Of a stretch of DNA of 46,494 bases, positions 1-11,015 are shown one piece after another; position 1 is the first letter of the stretch, and every line of letters starts with the position of its first letter. Location: positions 44,868,613-44,915,106 of the forward strand of contig NC_068999.1 of the NCBI RefSeq assembly GCF_001194135.2, given 5' to 3'. The position numbers and the translations under genes are program-made. Source of the stretch: Octopus bimaculoides (taxonomy: Eukaryota). The notes beneath the pieces are model-generated. The model was not told the origin of the DNA. It searched no databases and saw nothing but the letters and a program-made list of their open reading frames with translations.

Positions 1-53
<53 letters not shown>

Positions 54-160
54 CACAGAACTTCACAAAATTATAAGCTGTTTATATTTCTGTTTGTGTA
101 TATATATATGTGTGCCTCTGTTAATGTATGTGCGTGTCTTTCTATATGTGTGTGTGTATG

Positions 161-206
<46 letters not shown>

Positions 207-388
207 TATATATGTGTGTGTGTGTGTATATATATGTGTGTGTGTGTGTATTTGTGTATATATATATGTGTGTGTGTGTATATATGTGTGTGTGTATGTG
301 TGTAGATATATGTGTGTGTGTGTGTATTCGTGTATATATATATGTGTGTGTGTATTTGTGTATATATATATGTGTGTGTGTGTATTTG

Positions 389-419
<31 letters not shown>

Positions 420-1098
420 ATTTGTGTATATATATATATGTGTGTGTGTGTATTTGTGTATATATATATATGTGTGTGTGTGTNNNNNNNNNNNNNNNNN
501 NNNNNNNNNNNNNNNNNNNNNNNNNNNNNNNNNNNNNNNNNNNNNNNNNNNNNNNNNNNNNNNNNNNNNNNNNNNNNNNNNNNNNNNNNNNNNNNNNNNN
601 NNNNNNNNNNNNNNNNNNNNNNNNNNNNNNNNNNNNNNNNNNNNNNNNNNNNNNNNNNNNNNNNNNNNNNNNNNNNNNNNNNNNNNNNNNNNNNNNNNNN
701 NNNNNNNNNNNNNNNNNNNNNNNNNNNNNNNNNNNNNNNNNNNNNNNNNNNNNNNNNNNNNNNNNNNNNNNNNNNNNNNNNNNNNNNNNNNNNNNNNNNN
801 NNNNNNNNNNNNNNNNNNNNNNNNNNNNNNNNNNNNNNNNNNNNNNNNNNNNNNNNNNNNNNNNNNNNNNNNNNNNNNNNNNNNNGTGTGTGTGTGTGTG
901 TATTTGTGTATATATATGTGTGTGGGTGTGTATTTGTGTATATATGTGTGTGTGTGTGTATTTGTGTATATATATATATGTGTGTGTGTGTGTGTATTTG
1001 TGTATATATATATATGTGTGTGTGTGTATTTGTGTATATATATGTGTGTGTGTGTGTGTATTTGTGTATATATATGTGTGTGTATATATATGTGTATA
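1..1098. repeat. Compound (TA)n/(TG)n microsatellite with recurring higher-order unit ~TGTGTGTGTATTTGTGTATATATATA, interrupted by gap 484-885
   Basis: Read directly; the same TATTTGTGTATATA unit recurs on both sides of the gap. Source of the VC/YI/HT pseudo-ORFs. Confidence 0.97.
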
Positions 1099-1605
1099 TA
1101 TTTGGCATAGTATGCCAATACATGTGAATAAGAACAAGGTTAGATGGAATTGGATGAAGAATGCAGAGTTTTGGAAGAAGGAAGAAAAAAAATATCGGAA
1201 TGCGAAAAAGAAATTTTCTTTTTCCTCGAGAAGCGAGAGATATCTGAAAGAGATGATGAGAATTTTCGGAACAGATTGTCACCTTGGAACTTTCCGCTAC
1301 CGTACATACGTCATACACTCGACTCGCACACGCATGCGCACGTGTGTTCAGGCGCGCGCACACGTACATGCGCGTACATACAACATGAATGCGCAAGCAT
1401 ATTCGCAGAAGCGTGCATACTCTTCTGCACACATACATGAACATGTCATAGTTCTAATTAATTTTTAATTATTTATAGGCAACTTTCAGTAAAAAAAAAT
1501 AATAAATAAAACTCATCTTTAGACGAATTGAGTTGTTAAGCACGTGTATCCATTGTCTACACACACACACACACACACACACACAAGCATACATACGAAT
1601 GCACA

Positions 1606-1642
<37 letters not shown>

Positions 1643-2379
1643 TAACACACACACATTCACACAGTGTAGTAGTTCCTGTCTAAAACGATGAAGTTGTCTT
1701 CTGTTAACTTCCAGTATTGCTTAATATTTCTATGACAAGCCTTCTAACACTTGTTTCTTCTCTCATTTCGTCGTCTTTACTTTATTCGTATTCCTTATAT
1801 CTCAAGTACAGCTGCTATTAACTTTTTTGTGGGGTGTTTTGCAACACTTCTCACCATTTCACGTTGAGCTTTGACTCCAGTGAGGTGTCAAGCGAGAACT
1901 TATTGGTCTCATATATAATCGTAAATCTATCCCTACACTTATTTAAGCTTTTATTCTCGCTCCCTCACTCCTATTTATTATCCTCACTTACATACACCAC
2001 TCTTTCATCTCTCCCTTCTCTCTCTATCTCATCTCTTTCTCTCCCCAGACACTCTTTTTCTGCTTTAATCAAAATCTGACTCCACCTATTTAATTTTTAC
2101 AATCTCTTCCCCTTTCAAACACACAAAAATATTTCGATATCATATGAATTTCTCTGTGATTGCGTTCGTGCAGTATATGGAAGGGTTAGACAATATTTTT
2201 TGAAATAGTGTAACGTGATTGGTACTAGGTAAAATAGTTGTTGGCATGGATGCTAAAGATATGTGAATTCCGAGGTTAGAACTGGGTGCAATGTCCATAA
2301 ATAGAATGTACAAGAACGGTGCTGTTATTATGGAAGACAAAAATTGTAAACAGTGTTAAAAAAGAAGTTACTCTCGGAA

Positions 2380-2950
2380 ACTTGTATTACTTCTTAGGAA
2401 GTACGGAAAGTTTATAATATTTGATTATTCAGAACGTTTATGTAAGCAAAGGGAGACTAATTCAGAATTACTGTTAAGGAGAGATTCGTAATGAAGAAAT
2501 ATTTCCAGTGATTTCCTATTAATACGTGTTCTTCGACTTGAGACTCCAGAAAAATTTAGATAACGAGATAACAAAAGGTTTAGAATGGAGGGCGGAATGT
2601 AAACGGTTTTGGTTATAACGAAATTTTAAAGTGTTTGCTGTTAATCCAGTTTATAGCTTAGAGACGAGATTAGTTGGTATGTTATTGGGTGAATAAATCT
2701 GTTGTGCTGGGAAGCCTGGGTCAAGAAAACATGGTCTAGTTTTGTGTAGGTCACGTTGGATAAATATTGCACAAGTATAGGTGTTACATAAAAAAACAAC
2801 TTTTCTAGAACTTCTATCAATAATCTTGTGATATGATTTTCAGGGGAATATTTTCGTAAAGGGTTTAAAAAAACACTTTTGCTCCAATGCTCAAGAACTT
2901 AATATCGTTATCTTTTATACATGATATTCTGGATTATACGTCTACACACA
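2380..2950 (-). mobile_element. Decayed Penelope-like retroelement: post-RT linker and GIY-YIG endonuclease region
   Basis: Manual minus-strand translation, with frameshifts and stops, gives KYSPENH/YHKIIDRSSRKVVFLCN (~2855-2783), KL*TGLTANTLKFRYNQN (~2660-2608), SLSKFFWSLKSKNT (~2570-2528) and LCLHKRSE (~2450-2428). These follow the order of the recalled PLE pattern KHFPxNHxYHKIFNRNTxKxSYSC...YxGLTxNxFKxRYNxH...TLSKYIWxLK...CxLCxxEK. No database search was run. Confidence 0.72.
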
Positions 2951-3444
2951 TAAATTCGTAACATTATGAAAGAGAGAAACCAAGTTCAATCGGTACGAAA
3001 GAAGTAAATAAAACACAAATTAAAAAATAAAGAAACAAAAGCGCTGGTAATTATTAGAATCTTTCTGTAAACATTTTTATCAGTGAAAACCGTTATCTTG
3101 CCAGCTAATACTGTATTATTTTCTAAAGGACTCAAATATCGATTTTCTCTCGAAATCTCCAGAAAGTCGAGTATAGTTATCTGTAAAAAAAAAAAAAAAA
3201 AAAAAAAAAAAGACTATACAATGATACAATGTCCATACCTACACGCCGCTTGTCCTGTTTGAGATATCAACTAAATCTTCTCGAGTCACGCTCTGTCGTC
3301 TTTGTAAGGGAAGGACACATTTGATAAACGATCGAAATACATATTGGATAAGAGTAGGGAGCGGAATTACATTGGGAAAGCAAAAAACACGATTCCTGAG
3401 TAAAGCAAGGAGGGTCGTGGTTGAATGTTTCAACTTCCGACGTT

Positions 3445-3665
3445 TGTAAACATGTGTGTTAGTCCTCCCGCTGCTTGACAACCGGTGTTGGTTTGTATTC
3501 GTCCCCGTAGCCGAGCTGTTCGGCAAATGGAATAGACAGAATAAGTGCCAGACGTAAAAAAAAAACGTTAAAAAAAAACTGCAGTCCGTTTGTCCAGTTG
3601 AACCCTCCGAGGTTGTGCCCCAGCTTGGCCGCTGTCTTATAACTGGAACAAACAGGTGGAATAAG
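3445..3665 (+). mobile_element. SINE family A, degraded 3' half
   Basis: gcttgacaaccggtgttgg...ttcggcaaa...agaataagt...tgccccagcttggccgc matches the 3' half of the other SINE-A copies in this window. Confidence 0.75.
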
Positions 3666-3894
3666 AAAGGAAGACCAAGGAAATGTCTCATCTTTTTTCT
3701 ATTTTCCCACCGTTTCTCTATCTTTCGTATGGAAATTCTAATTCGTTTTTGGTCATAGATTGTCTTTAAGCTCGTATTGCCCAAGAAAAAAAAAATAACA
3801 TTTCGTTCAATTTTTGTATTTTCTTTGACAAAGTAAACGATATCGTTTATGCCAAAGTAGCACAATAACGTTGAAGTCTTTGTAGACAAATAGA

Positions 3895-4232
3895 TAGATA
3901 CATACATACATACACACATACATACATACACACATACATACATACACACAGACATACATACACACAGACATACATACACACAGACATACATACATAGACA
4001 GATACATACATACATACATAGATACATACATATACACATACATATACACATACATATACACATACATATACACATACATACATACATATACACATATACA
4101 TATACACACACACATACATACATACATACATGTACACACATACATACATACATACATGTACACACATACATACATACATACATGTACACACATACATACA
4201 TACATGTACACACATACATACATACATGTACA
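3895..4232. repeat. (TACA)n/(CA)n compound microsatellite running into gap 4233-5201
   Basis: Read directly. Confidence 0.95.
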
Positions 4233-5445
4233 NNNNNNNNNNNNNNNNNNNNNNNNNNNNNNNNNNNNNNNNNNNNNNNNNNNNNNNNNNNNNNNNNNNN
4301 NNNNNNNNNNNNNNNNNNNNNNNNNNNNNNNNNNNNNNNNNNNNNNNNNNNNNNNNNNNNNNNNNNNNNNNNNNNNNNNNNNNNNNNNNNNNNNNNNNNN
4401 NNNNNNNNNNNNNNNNNNNNNNNNNNNNNNNNNNNNNNNNNNNNNNNNNNNNNNNNNNNNNNNNNNNNNNNNNNNNNNNNNNNNNNNNNNNNNNNNNNNN
4501 NNNNNNNNNNNNNNNNNNNNNNNNNNNNNNNNNNNNNNNNNNNNNNNNNNNNNNNNNNNNNNNNNNNNNNNNNNNNNNNNNNNNNNNNNNNNNNNNNNNN
4601 NNNNNNNNNNNNNNNNNNNNNNNNNNNNNNNNNNNNNNNNNNNNNNNNNNNNNNNNNNNNNNNNNNNNNNNNNNNNNNNNNNNNNNNNNNNNNNNNNNNN
4701 NNNNNNNNNNNNNNNNNNNNNNNNNNNNNNNNNNNNNNNNNNNNNNNNNNNNNNNNNNNNNNNNNNNNNNNNNNNNNNNNNNNNNNNNNNNNNNNNNNNN
4801 NNNNNNNNNNNNNNNNNNNNNNNNNNNNNNNNNNNNNNNNNNNNNNNNNNNNNNNNNNNNNNNNNNNNNNNNNNNNNNNNNNNNNNNNNNNNNNNNNNNN
4901 NNNNNNNNNNNNNNNNNNNNNNNNNNNNNNNNNNNNNNNNNNNNNNNNNNNNNNNNNNNNNNNNNNNNNNNNNNNNNNNNNNNNNNNNNNNNNNNNNNNN
5001 NNNNNNNNNNNNNNNNNNNNNNNNNNNNNNNNNNNNNNNNNNNNNNNNNNNNNNNNNNNNNNNNNNNNNNNNNNNNNNNNNNNNNNNNNNNNNNNNNNNN
5101 NNNNNNNNNNNNNNNNNNNNNNNNNNNNNNNNNNNNNNNNNNNNNNNNNNNNNNNNNNNNNNNNNNNNNNNNNNNNNNNNNNNNNNNNNNNNNNNNNNNN
5201 NTTATTTTATCTTTTGGCGTCAGGCTCCGCCACTTCTTTTCTGTTCTTTCTGTTCATTTATTCAAGATAATACAATATTTACTTATTTACACAGAGGGAT
5301 GTCAAAGTATCGCTTTTTCTACTTTTGTTATTCAAAAGCCGGTTTGATGACGGATAACAAGACTTTAGTCTCTTCGCTCATCTACCAAAGATTATAAAGA
5401 TACATACATACATACATACATACATACATACACATATATATATAT

Positions 5446-5483
<38 letters not shown>

Positions 5484-5585
5484 TTCTCTTTTCTGGTCTT
5501 TTAGTGTTTCCATATCTTGCTGGAGGCTGAAGAAATTAATTATCTCTTTCTCTCGCAAATAATAATATAATAATAATAATAATAA

Positions 5586-5859
5586 TGGAAAATGAAGAAG
5601 GCGGAGATAGTGCCAGTTATTGTCGGGTTCTTGGGAACAGTATCAGAAGGCATCAAAGGGAATAATATAAGGGAAATTGGAATTCAGTACCCAGTAGAAC
5701 TATTACAAAAGGTTTGCCTCCTTGGCACGGTCAGAATAATCAAGGATGTATTGGATAGCTGAAAAAAATGGATTGCATGGTACCATAGGCTGCAGGTAGT
5801 AAGCCCTCTACGCATGTAAGACACCAGGAGATCCAAGAAAACCTGTGATAAAAGGAAAT

Positions 5860-5903
<44 letters not shown>
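5586..5903 (+). mobile_element. 5'-truncated non-LTR retrotransposon with restriction-like endonuclease (R4/Dong-like): ORF C-terminus, 3' UTR and (TAA)n tail
   Basis: 5586-5762 reads WKMKKAEIVPVIVGFLGTVSEGIKGNNIREIGIQYPVELLQKVCLLGTVRIIKDVLDS*, matching the recalled RLE C-terminal pattern PVIVGALG...LQKxCLLGTARIxRKVL. About 100 nt of 3' UTR follow, and (TAA)n tracts lie at 5558-5585 and 5862-5903. Confidence 0.82.
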
Positions 5904-6065
5904 GAGGGGCTAAACATAGAGGGCGCAAACAAGGACAGACAAAAGGATTAAGTCGAATTACACCGACCTCAGTGCGTAACTGGTACTCATTTAATCGACC
6001 CCCGAAAGGATGAAAGGCAAAGTCAACCTCGGTGGAATTTGAACTCGGAACGTAACGGCAGTCGC
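5904..6065 (-). mobile_element. SINE family B, 5'-truncated
   Basis: Contains actggtactcatttaatcgacccccgaaaggatgaaaggcaaagtcaacctcggtggaatttgaactc, the reverse complement of the SINE-B B-box and core. Confidence 0.9.
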
Positions 6066-6394
6066 TTGAAATTTGGACTCAAAATGTTTGGAGTCGGAAG
6101 AAATGCTGCAAATCATTATTTACTTGAAGCGCACATACACCACTATGCTCTTTATTTTAAATGTCCTACAATTATTCATGCGGCATATCGTGGAGAATCG
6201 TGTCCTACCTGCCGCAGCCGGCTAAGTACCAGCTACCCGTGCCTAAACTCCGACTGCTACCAACCAGCCCGTTGATTTCAGCAAACACAGCAACGCCATC
6301 TCAGCTAGCATCGCGGAAGATGTGCTAAATGGCAAGTTTGTTCTTATTTTTTAAACCAAAACTTGCATCTTCCATGTCGAAAAATACGGTATTA

Positions 6395-6542
6395 ATTGGA
6401 CATCAGCTATTTCTGCAACATAGAAAGATAGATGTATACACAGCGTGAAATGAAATATTTTGCTCAAGAACACTACGCACGCCCAGTCTGGGAATCGAAC
6501 CCGCGATTGTGAGTGCAACAGCCTAACCACTAGGCCACGCGC
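6395..6542 (-). mobile_element. tRNA-derived SINE family C (head and part of body)
   Basis: Minus strand GCGTGGCCTAGTGGTTAGG (A box) ... GGGTTCGATTCCC (B box, plus-strand 6490-6502), followed by gtgttcttgagcaaaa. No intact cloverleaf. Confidence 0.75.
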
Positions 6543-6899
6543 TTTCACGTGGTTAAGATTTCTGGATCGAGCGGCAAGACTTCATTTCACGTTGTTCCAA
6601 TCCATTCAGCTGCGAATTAAATTCCACCAATATCTCGGAAGTGAATCCTGCCACGGACCGTTATTTCGTTTAGACGGTCGTGTTGTAATCAGTCACTTGG
6701 AAACCGGTGACTTATCTGTCCCAAGGGTTCACGAAAAACCTAAGTCCTTATATTGAGGGAGGGTCGGCCTGTGGTAGGAGTGGATATTTCAAGGATATTG
6801 TAAACAAAATGTTTCTTGCGTGTTCTGAAGGCGAAACAAACTAGACATGAAGAGAAGCGAGGAAGAGACAACGAATGTATCAAGTGCGCTTAAAGCACT

Positions 6900-7500
6900 C
6901 ATTTAACAAATTCTTTGAATCCTACTTTGAGGAAATTATGCAACTGCGCAGAGGTTCCCTTATTGGTTAGGTTTAATACATATTGAGAGGTTTCTCCTAA
7001 CAACCGAATGCATTATTGATTTCAATGAGAATGTTGAAGAAGAAACATTTTTCCTGACAAGTCTGTTTTCATTAATTTACTGTCAGAGTATATTAGAGAG
7101 GCAGTTAAATTAATTTTCAATAAAACCGGTCTCCGGAATACTCACACAATTGGCTTATGATTAAATTATGGATAGTAAAACACAGACATTGGTTCCGACA
7201 AATTTGATAAACAACCCAAGAACAAATATCATATCATTTGATCTGATTAATGTGGTCGCCTGTGTGGCTCCTCTCTCATTAGATTCGCTGTCAACAGGTA
7301 TTATCATTATTCTCTTTACTCTGTCTACATTGTATTATTACCAACAGATAGATAACAACCAAAGAAAATCATTGCAAATAGCCAAGCTATTCGTTTCCAA
7401 TCTTCGTATTTATATAACTGTTGACGGGAAATTTAACAACTGTTTCGTTTTTATTCGCATTGCAGTTCCATGTATTATTTTATATTTAACGTTCAACTTC
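6900..7500 (-). mobile_element. Possible second, heavily eroded Penelope-like remnant (RT motif and endonuclease tail)
   Basis: Minus strand near 7480-7380 gives LNVKYKIIHGTAMRIK...LGYLQ, resembling PLE RT YxQxxGTAMGxxxAPxYAxLxxGYLE but with altered spacing. Weak FSLK...NLC...KNLLNE similarity lies further downstream. Short matches only. Confidence 0.25.
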
Positions 7501-7771
7501 GTCTATGTGTTCTGACAATTACAGCTGGTTGCATCAATAAACTCATCAGGTTCCAGACCGAACTTTTTGAGTTTCGTACTCACTCGATTTCAGTGAGCAA
7601 CGTTCAGTTTAGCTAGTTTGTGAATGTGTGTCACGTGTAATCAAAGCAATGAGTAGTTTTCGATTCCTTTTGTTAACTTAATGCTCTGGGTTAAAATCCC
7701 TCCTTACATTTCCGGTTATTCTCTCTCTCAATCACTCACCATCTCTCTCAATCAGTTACACTTTCTCTCTC

Positions 7772-7780
<9 letters not shown>

Positions 7781-7859
<79 letters not shown>

Positions 7860-7980
7860 GTGTATACATACATACATATATATTATAAATACACCCAAAT
7901 ACTCAACCCATGTGCATACACTTGTATGTATATACTCATACATGCATACACTAATCGATGGAAGGACGACGAGAAGGATG

Positions 7981-8033
<53 letters not shown>
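7781..8033. repeat. Oppositely oriented (GT)n 7781-7853 and (AC)n 7982-8033
   Basis: Read directly. Confidence 0.95.
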
Positions 8034-8034
<1 letters not shown>

Positions 8035-9017
8035 ATATAAACATGCGGGCATTTTGTATGCCTAAACTAGAAACTTGTACGAAAACTGAAGACATGTCTG
8101 TCTGCAATATTCCGTGTATACTTTCCTTGCTTTTGGCAAAGAATGTTTATCATATATCAAATTCTTACACGCGCTCCATGATAATGTCGCTAGGTCAATA
8201 AGCAATAGGTTTTACGTGGCTTGGAAGAATTTGCAGCCAAAGCGCTTTTCTGAGGATATATCTATGGTAATATCGATAGCATATCTCACTCACAGCAACT
8301 CTGCGGAAAAGAACACGACTAGTTTGCGCAAAATAAATATTGGTCTATTTTTAAAGTTATTCTAATGTCTTCCACATCTTAGTTTAATATCTTCGCCGAT
8401 TTTCACTTGATATTGCAAGAAATGGGAGGAGAACCAAAGAAGAGATAGTGGTGGGAGAGAAATCCTATACATAGACAACGTTGTTGTCAAATCGATTTTG
8501 TTGTACACACAATTAAATTGAACCAAAGTTAGAGCATATCGGATAAAACAACGCTTTTTCCCTTCACAACCAGCCAACGAAAGACCAATCGACGCTAACG
8601 TTCTCCCCTATCTTGCCAGCAGCAGTACACGTGACCGTGCCATTTGCTGCAAATTCCGGAATTATTTGCTTTCCAATTGCGCTGCTGGACACTGGAATTT
8701 TGCAGAAAGACACAACTGGAAAAATCTTTATTAATATTGTCAGATTCGTTGCCCACTTCATACACGTTGTTTATAGGTTTCCTTTGAACATTATTCCAAA
8801 TACATTTCGTTCGCCGACAGAAGATAGCTAACCAGCAGATATCGAGAAAATGATATACATTTGTGTTGGTGTTTTTGTTGTTGTCTTTTCTTTTTCTTAA
8901 TCTTCCCTTTCCTTCTTTATTTATTTATCCCTTTCTTTAACTAATGAAGTAGCAGAAATTAATTACACAGATACTCCTGTACACACACACGTGTGTGTGT
9001 GTGTATATATATATAAA

Positions 9018-9049
<32 letters not shown>

Positions 9050-9134
9050 CTTACATATATGAATACAAGTGTGTGCATGTATATATGACCATGCATGTGT
9101 GTTTACATGTGAAAACATACANNNNNNNNNNCAC

Positions 9135-9199
<65 letters not shown>

Positions 9200-9991
9200 C
9201 ACACACCAGTAATATGCATTTCATAGACGCAGAAAATATCTTGAATATCAGAAAGACGTTCGTACTTGTACACGCATGAATACTAGTGTACTTACATATA
9301 CATGTATTTGTATGCTTCCTTGTGTATGTGTATTTACAGGTTTGTGTGTATGCGTTTGTGTGTGTCTACAGTGACACTTAGAGACGTGTTTAGATAGATT
9401 TTGTTAGCGATATCTTTGTATTTTGCCGCTATCTATAACAGATTAATTGAATATATTTGATATAAAATAATACATGTGTATATATATATATATATATATA
9501 TAGTGTGAGAGAGTATGCATTAGTGTGTCCATGTACATACGTATGTGTGTTTGTGTATATATAGATATGTATGTATGTATATATACTTGTCTCTTTATGT
9601 ATACGTATGTGTATATATATGCTCTTTATATAATGTGGTTCTGATGCTCACACCCACGCTAAAGAGAACAATCATCAATAAGCTTCTTCGTATATATAAT
9701 TGTATTAGAAATGACAGACAATTTAATAACCCAATTTTATATTCAGGCTGGTGTTTTACATGTGTTTTACGGAAACGTGTTATCGTGAGGTCTTCATAAA
9801 CAGTCGATCAGACAGATGCATACAAGCAAACACACACACACACACATATAATATAAGCTCACATATAAACGTATATGCATGTACGTGTTTCCGTATATGA
9901 GTGTGCGTGAAATTTTCATATGAAAAAGCGTACAAATTCCATATAACGAATGATCGCTAGCCACTAAAGATTTTTTTTTTATATTCACTCT

Positions 9992-10100
9992 GTTTATTTT
10001 CTCGTGTTCCTTTCTGTTGAAGAGCGTAGGCTCGAAACGTAAAAGACTTTCTCACCTTCTCGAGCGTTAAATTAATACACCAGTCTTCGCCTTGTTTTTA
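9992..10100 (+). mobile_element. Short dispersed repeat carrying a hammerhead-like motif (copy 1)
   Basis: Reverse-complement match to 36060-36167; 10007-10051 is identical at 44 of 45 nt to 36110-36154. Confidence 0.85.
10010..10045 (+). ncRNA. Minimal type I hammerhead-ribozyme-like motif
   Basis: CUUU (stem I) - CUGUUGA - A - GAGC[GUAG]GCUC (stem II) - GAAA - C - GUA - AAAG (stem I'). Stem III is reduced to the palindrome ACGU. Deviations from consensus: A6 to U and an extra A after A9. Confidence 0.55.
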
Positions 10101-10405
10101 TTTTTATAAATACCAGCTTGTCCGCCACGACATTCCTCCATGGCTAGATTTAATTTGCGTATACAAATTTAATCTGCGGTCCATGGGATGAGCCGTTTTA
10201 ACGATGCGTCTTGCCCGAAGCTCGTCGAAACGCCGGTGTTAAAACGTGGGTAGCTGATGAAGTAGAATGTTCTCTATGTGGCTTGTGTGTTTTCTCGTCT
10301 ACGTTTGTTTGCAATGTCCTGTACCCAGATATGCACCTATACATACAGGTGGATGTCGGTATGCACATACCTGTACGTATATATGCATATACTCATTTAC
10401 TATTT

Positions 10406-10439
<34 letters not shown>

Positions 10440-10924
10440 CGGCATTTCAACTTTCTTCTTACGATCCTCCGTAAATGCACGGCCTCATTTAGGTGTGGTA
10501 GGGATCAGTTTCTGAAATAAACTTATTGGTATGCTTAGAACACTAAATATTTCTGATTTGGCATGCAAAGCTTTTCCTAACGTCAGGATTAGTGTTTTTC
10601 GGCTGTACAAAGACTACATTTGTTCTTCCATTTGCATAACATTTACACTTTTCAACAATTCTGCAACTGTTGTCGTTGCAAACCATTTTCTCTTTCTACA
10701 GCTACAAGTAGTTTGTTAGCCTTGGTGCATTCTGTTTCTCGATGTCTAAAGAAGTGTGATTGAGAATCTTCTAACGAATATCGTTTTATGTCTTGTCAGT
10801 AGACAACTTGTATTCTTCCGAACTATTATGGTTTAGAGAATCCTGTAGGATAGTCACGTTTGATTGAATTATTTGAGAAATTCAAGCTTCATTGAAGTTT
10901 GTGAGAAATTTACGTTCTATAGAG

Positions 10925-11015
10925 CGGTAGGTGGTCAAAAATCAATACTATGCTTTCGAAGTTCAAATCTCGCTAGTGCATTCAGTTTTGCCTATTATTC
11001 ACTCGTAGTCTATAA
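10925..11015 (+). mobile_element. Old, diverged SINE-B fragment
   Basis: gaagttcaaatctcgctagtgcattcagttttgcctattattcactcgtagtctataaa resembles SINE-B gagttcaaattccgccgaggtcgactttgcctttcatcctttcggggtcgataaa. Confidence 0.5.

Noticed and set aside
1100-1310. Purine-rich stretch open in two plus frames (VRWNWMKNAEFWKKEE... / MELDEECRVLEE...)
   Set aside because: Compositional bias explains the lack of stops; no recognisable family or splice sites.
6481-6542. tRNA-like sequence with A and B boxes (also the SINE-A and SINE-B heads)
   Set aside because: No complete acceptor and anticodon stems, and it continues into a repeated SINE body; these are SINE heads, not tRNA genes.
6640-6700. cacgaccg...cggtccgtg hairpin containing GAAA...GTC as a third hammerhead
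   Set aside because: No CUGANGA core in the right position and no stem II; only a simple hairpin.
8985-9200. Apparent tandem duplication across the 10-N gap (also aagatgtgta on both sides of 22691-22700)
   Set aside because: Typical of overlapping contig ends or haplotypes joined by a nominal gap; likely an assembly artefact.
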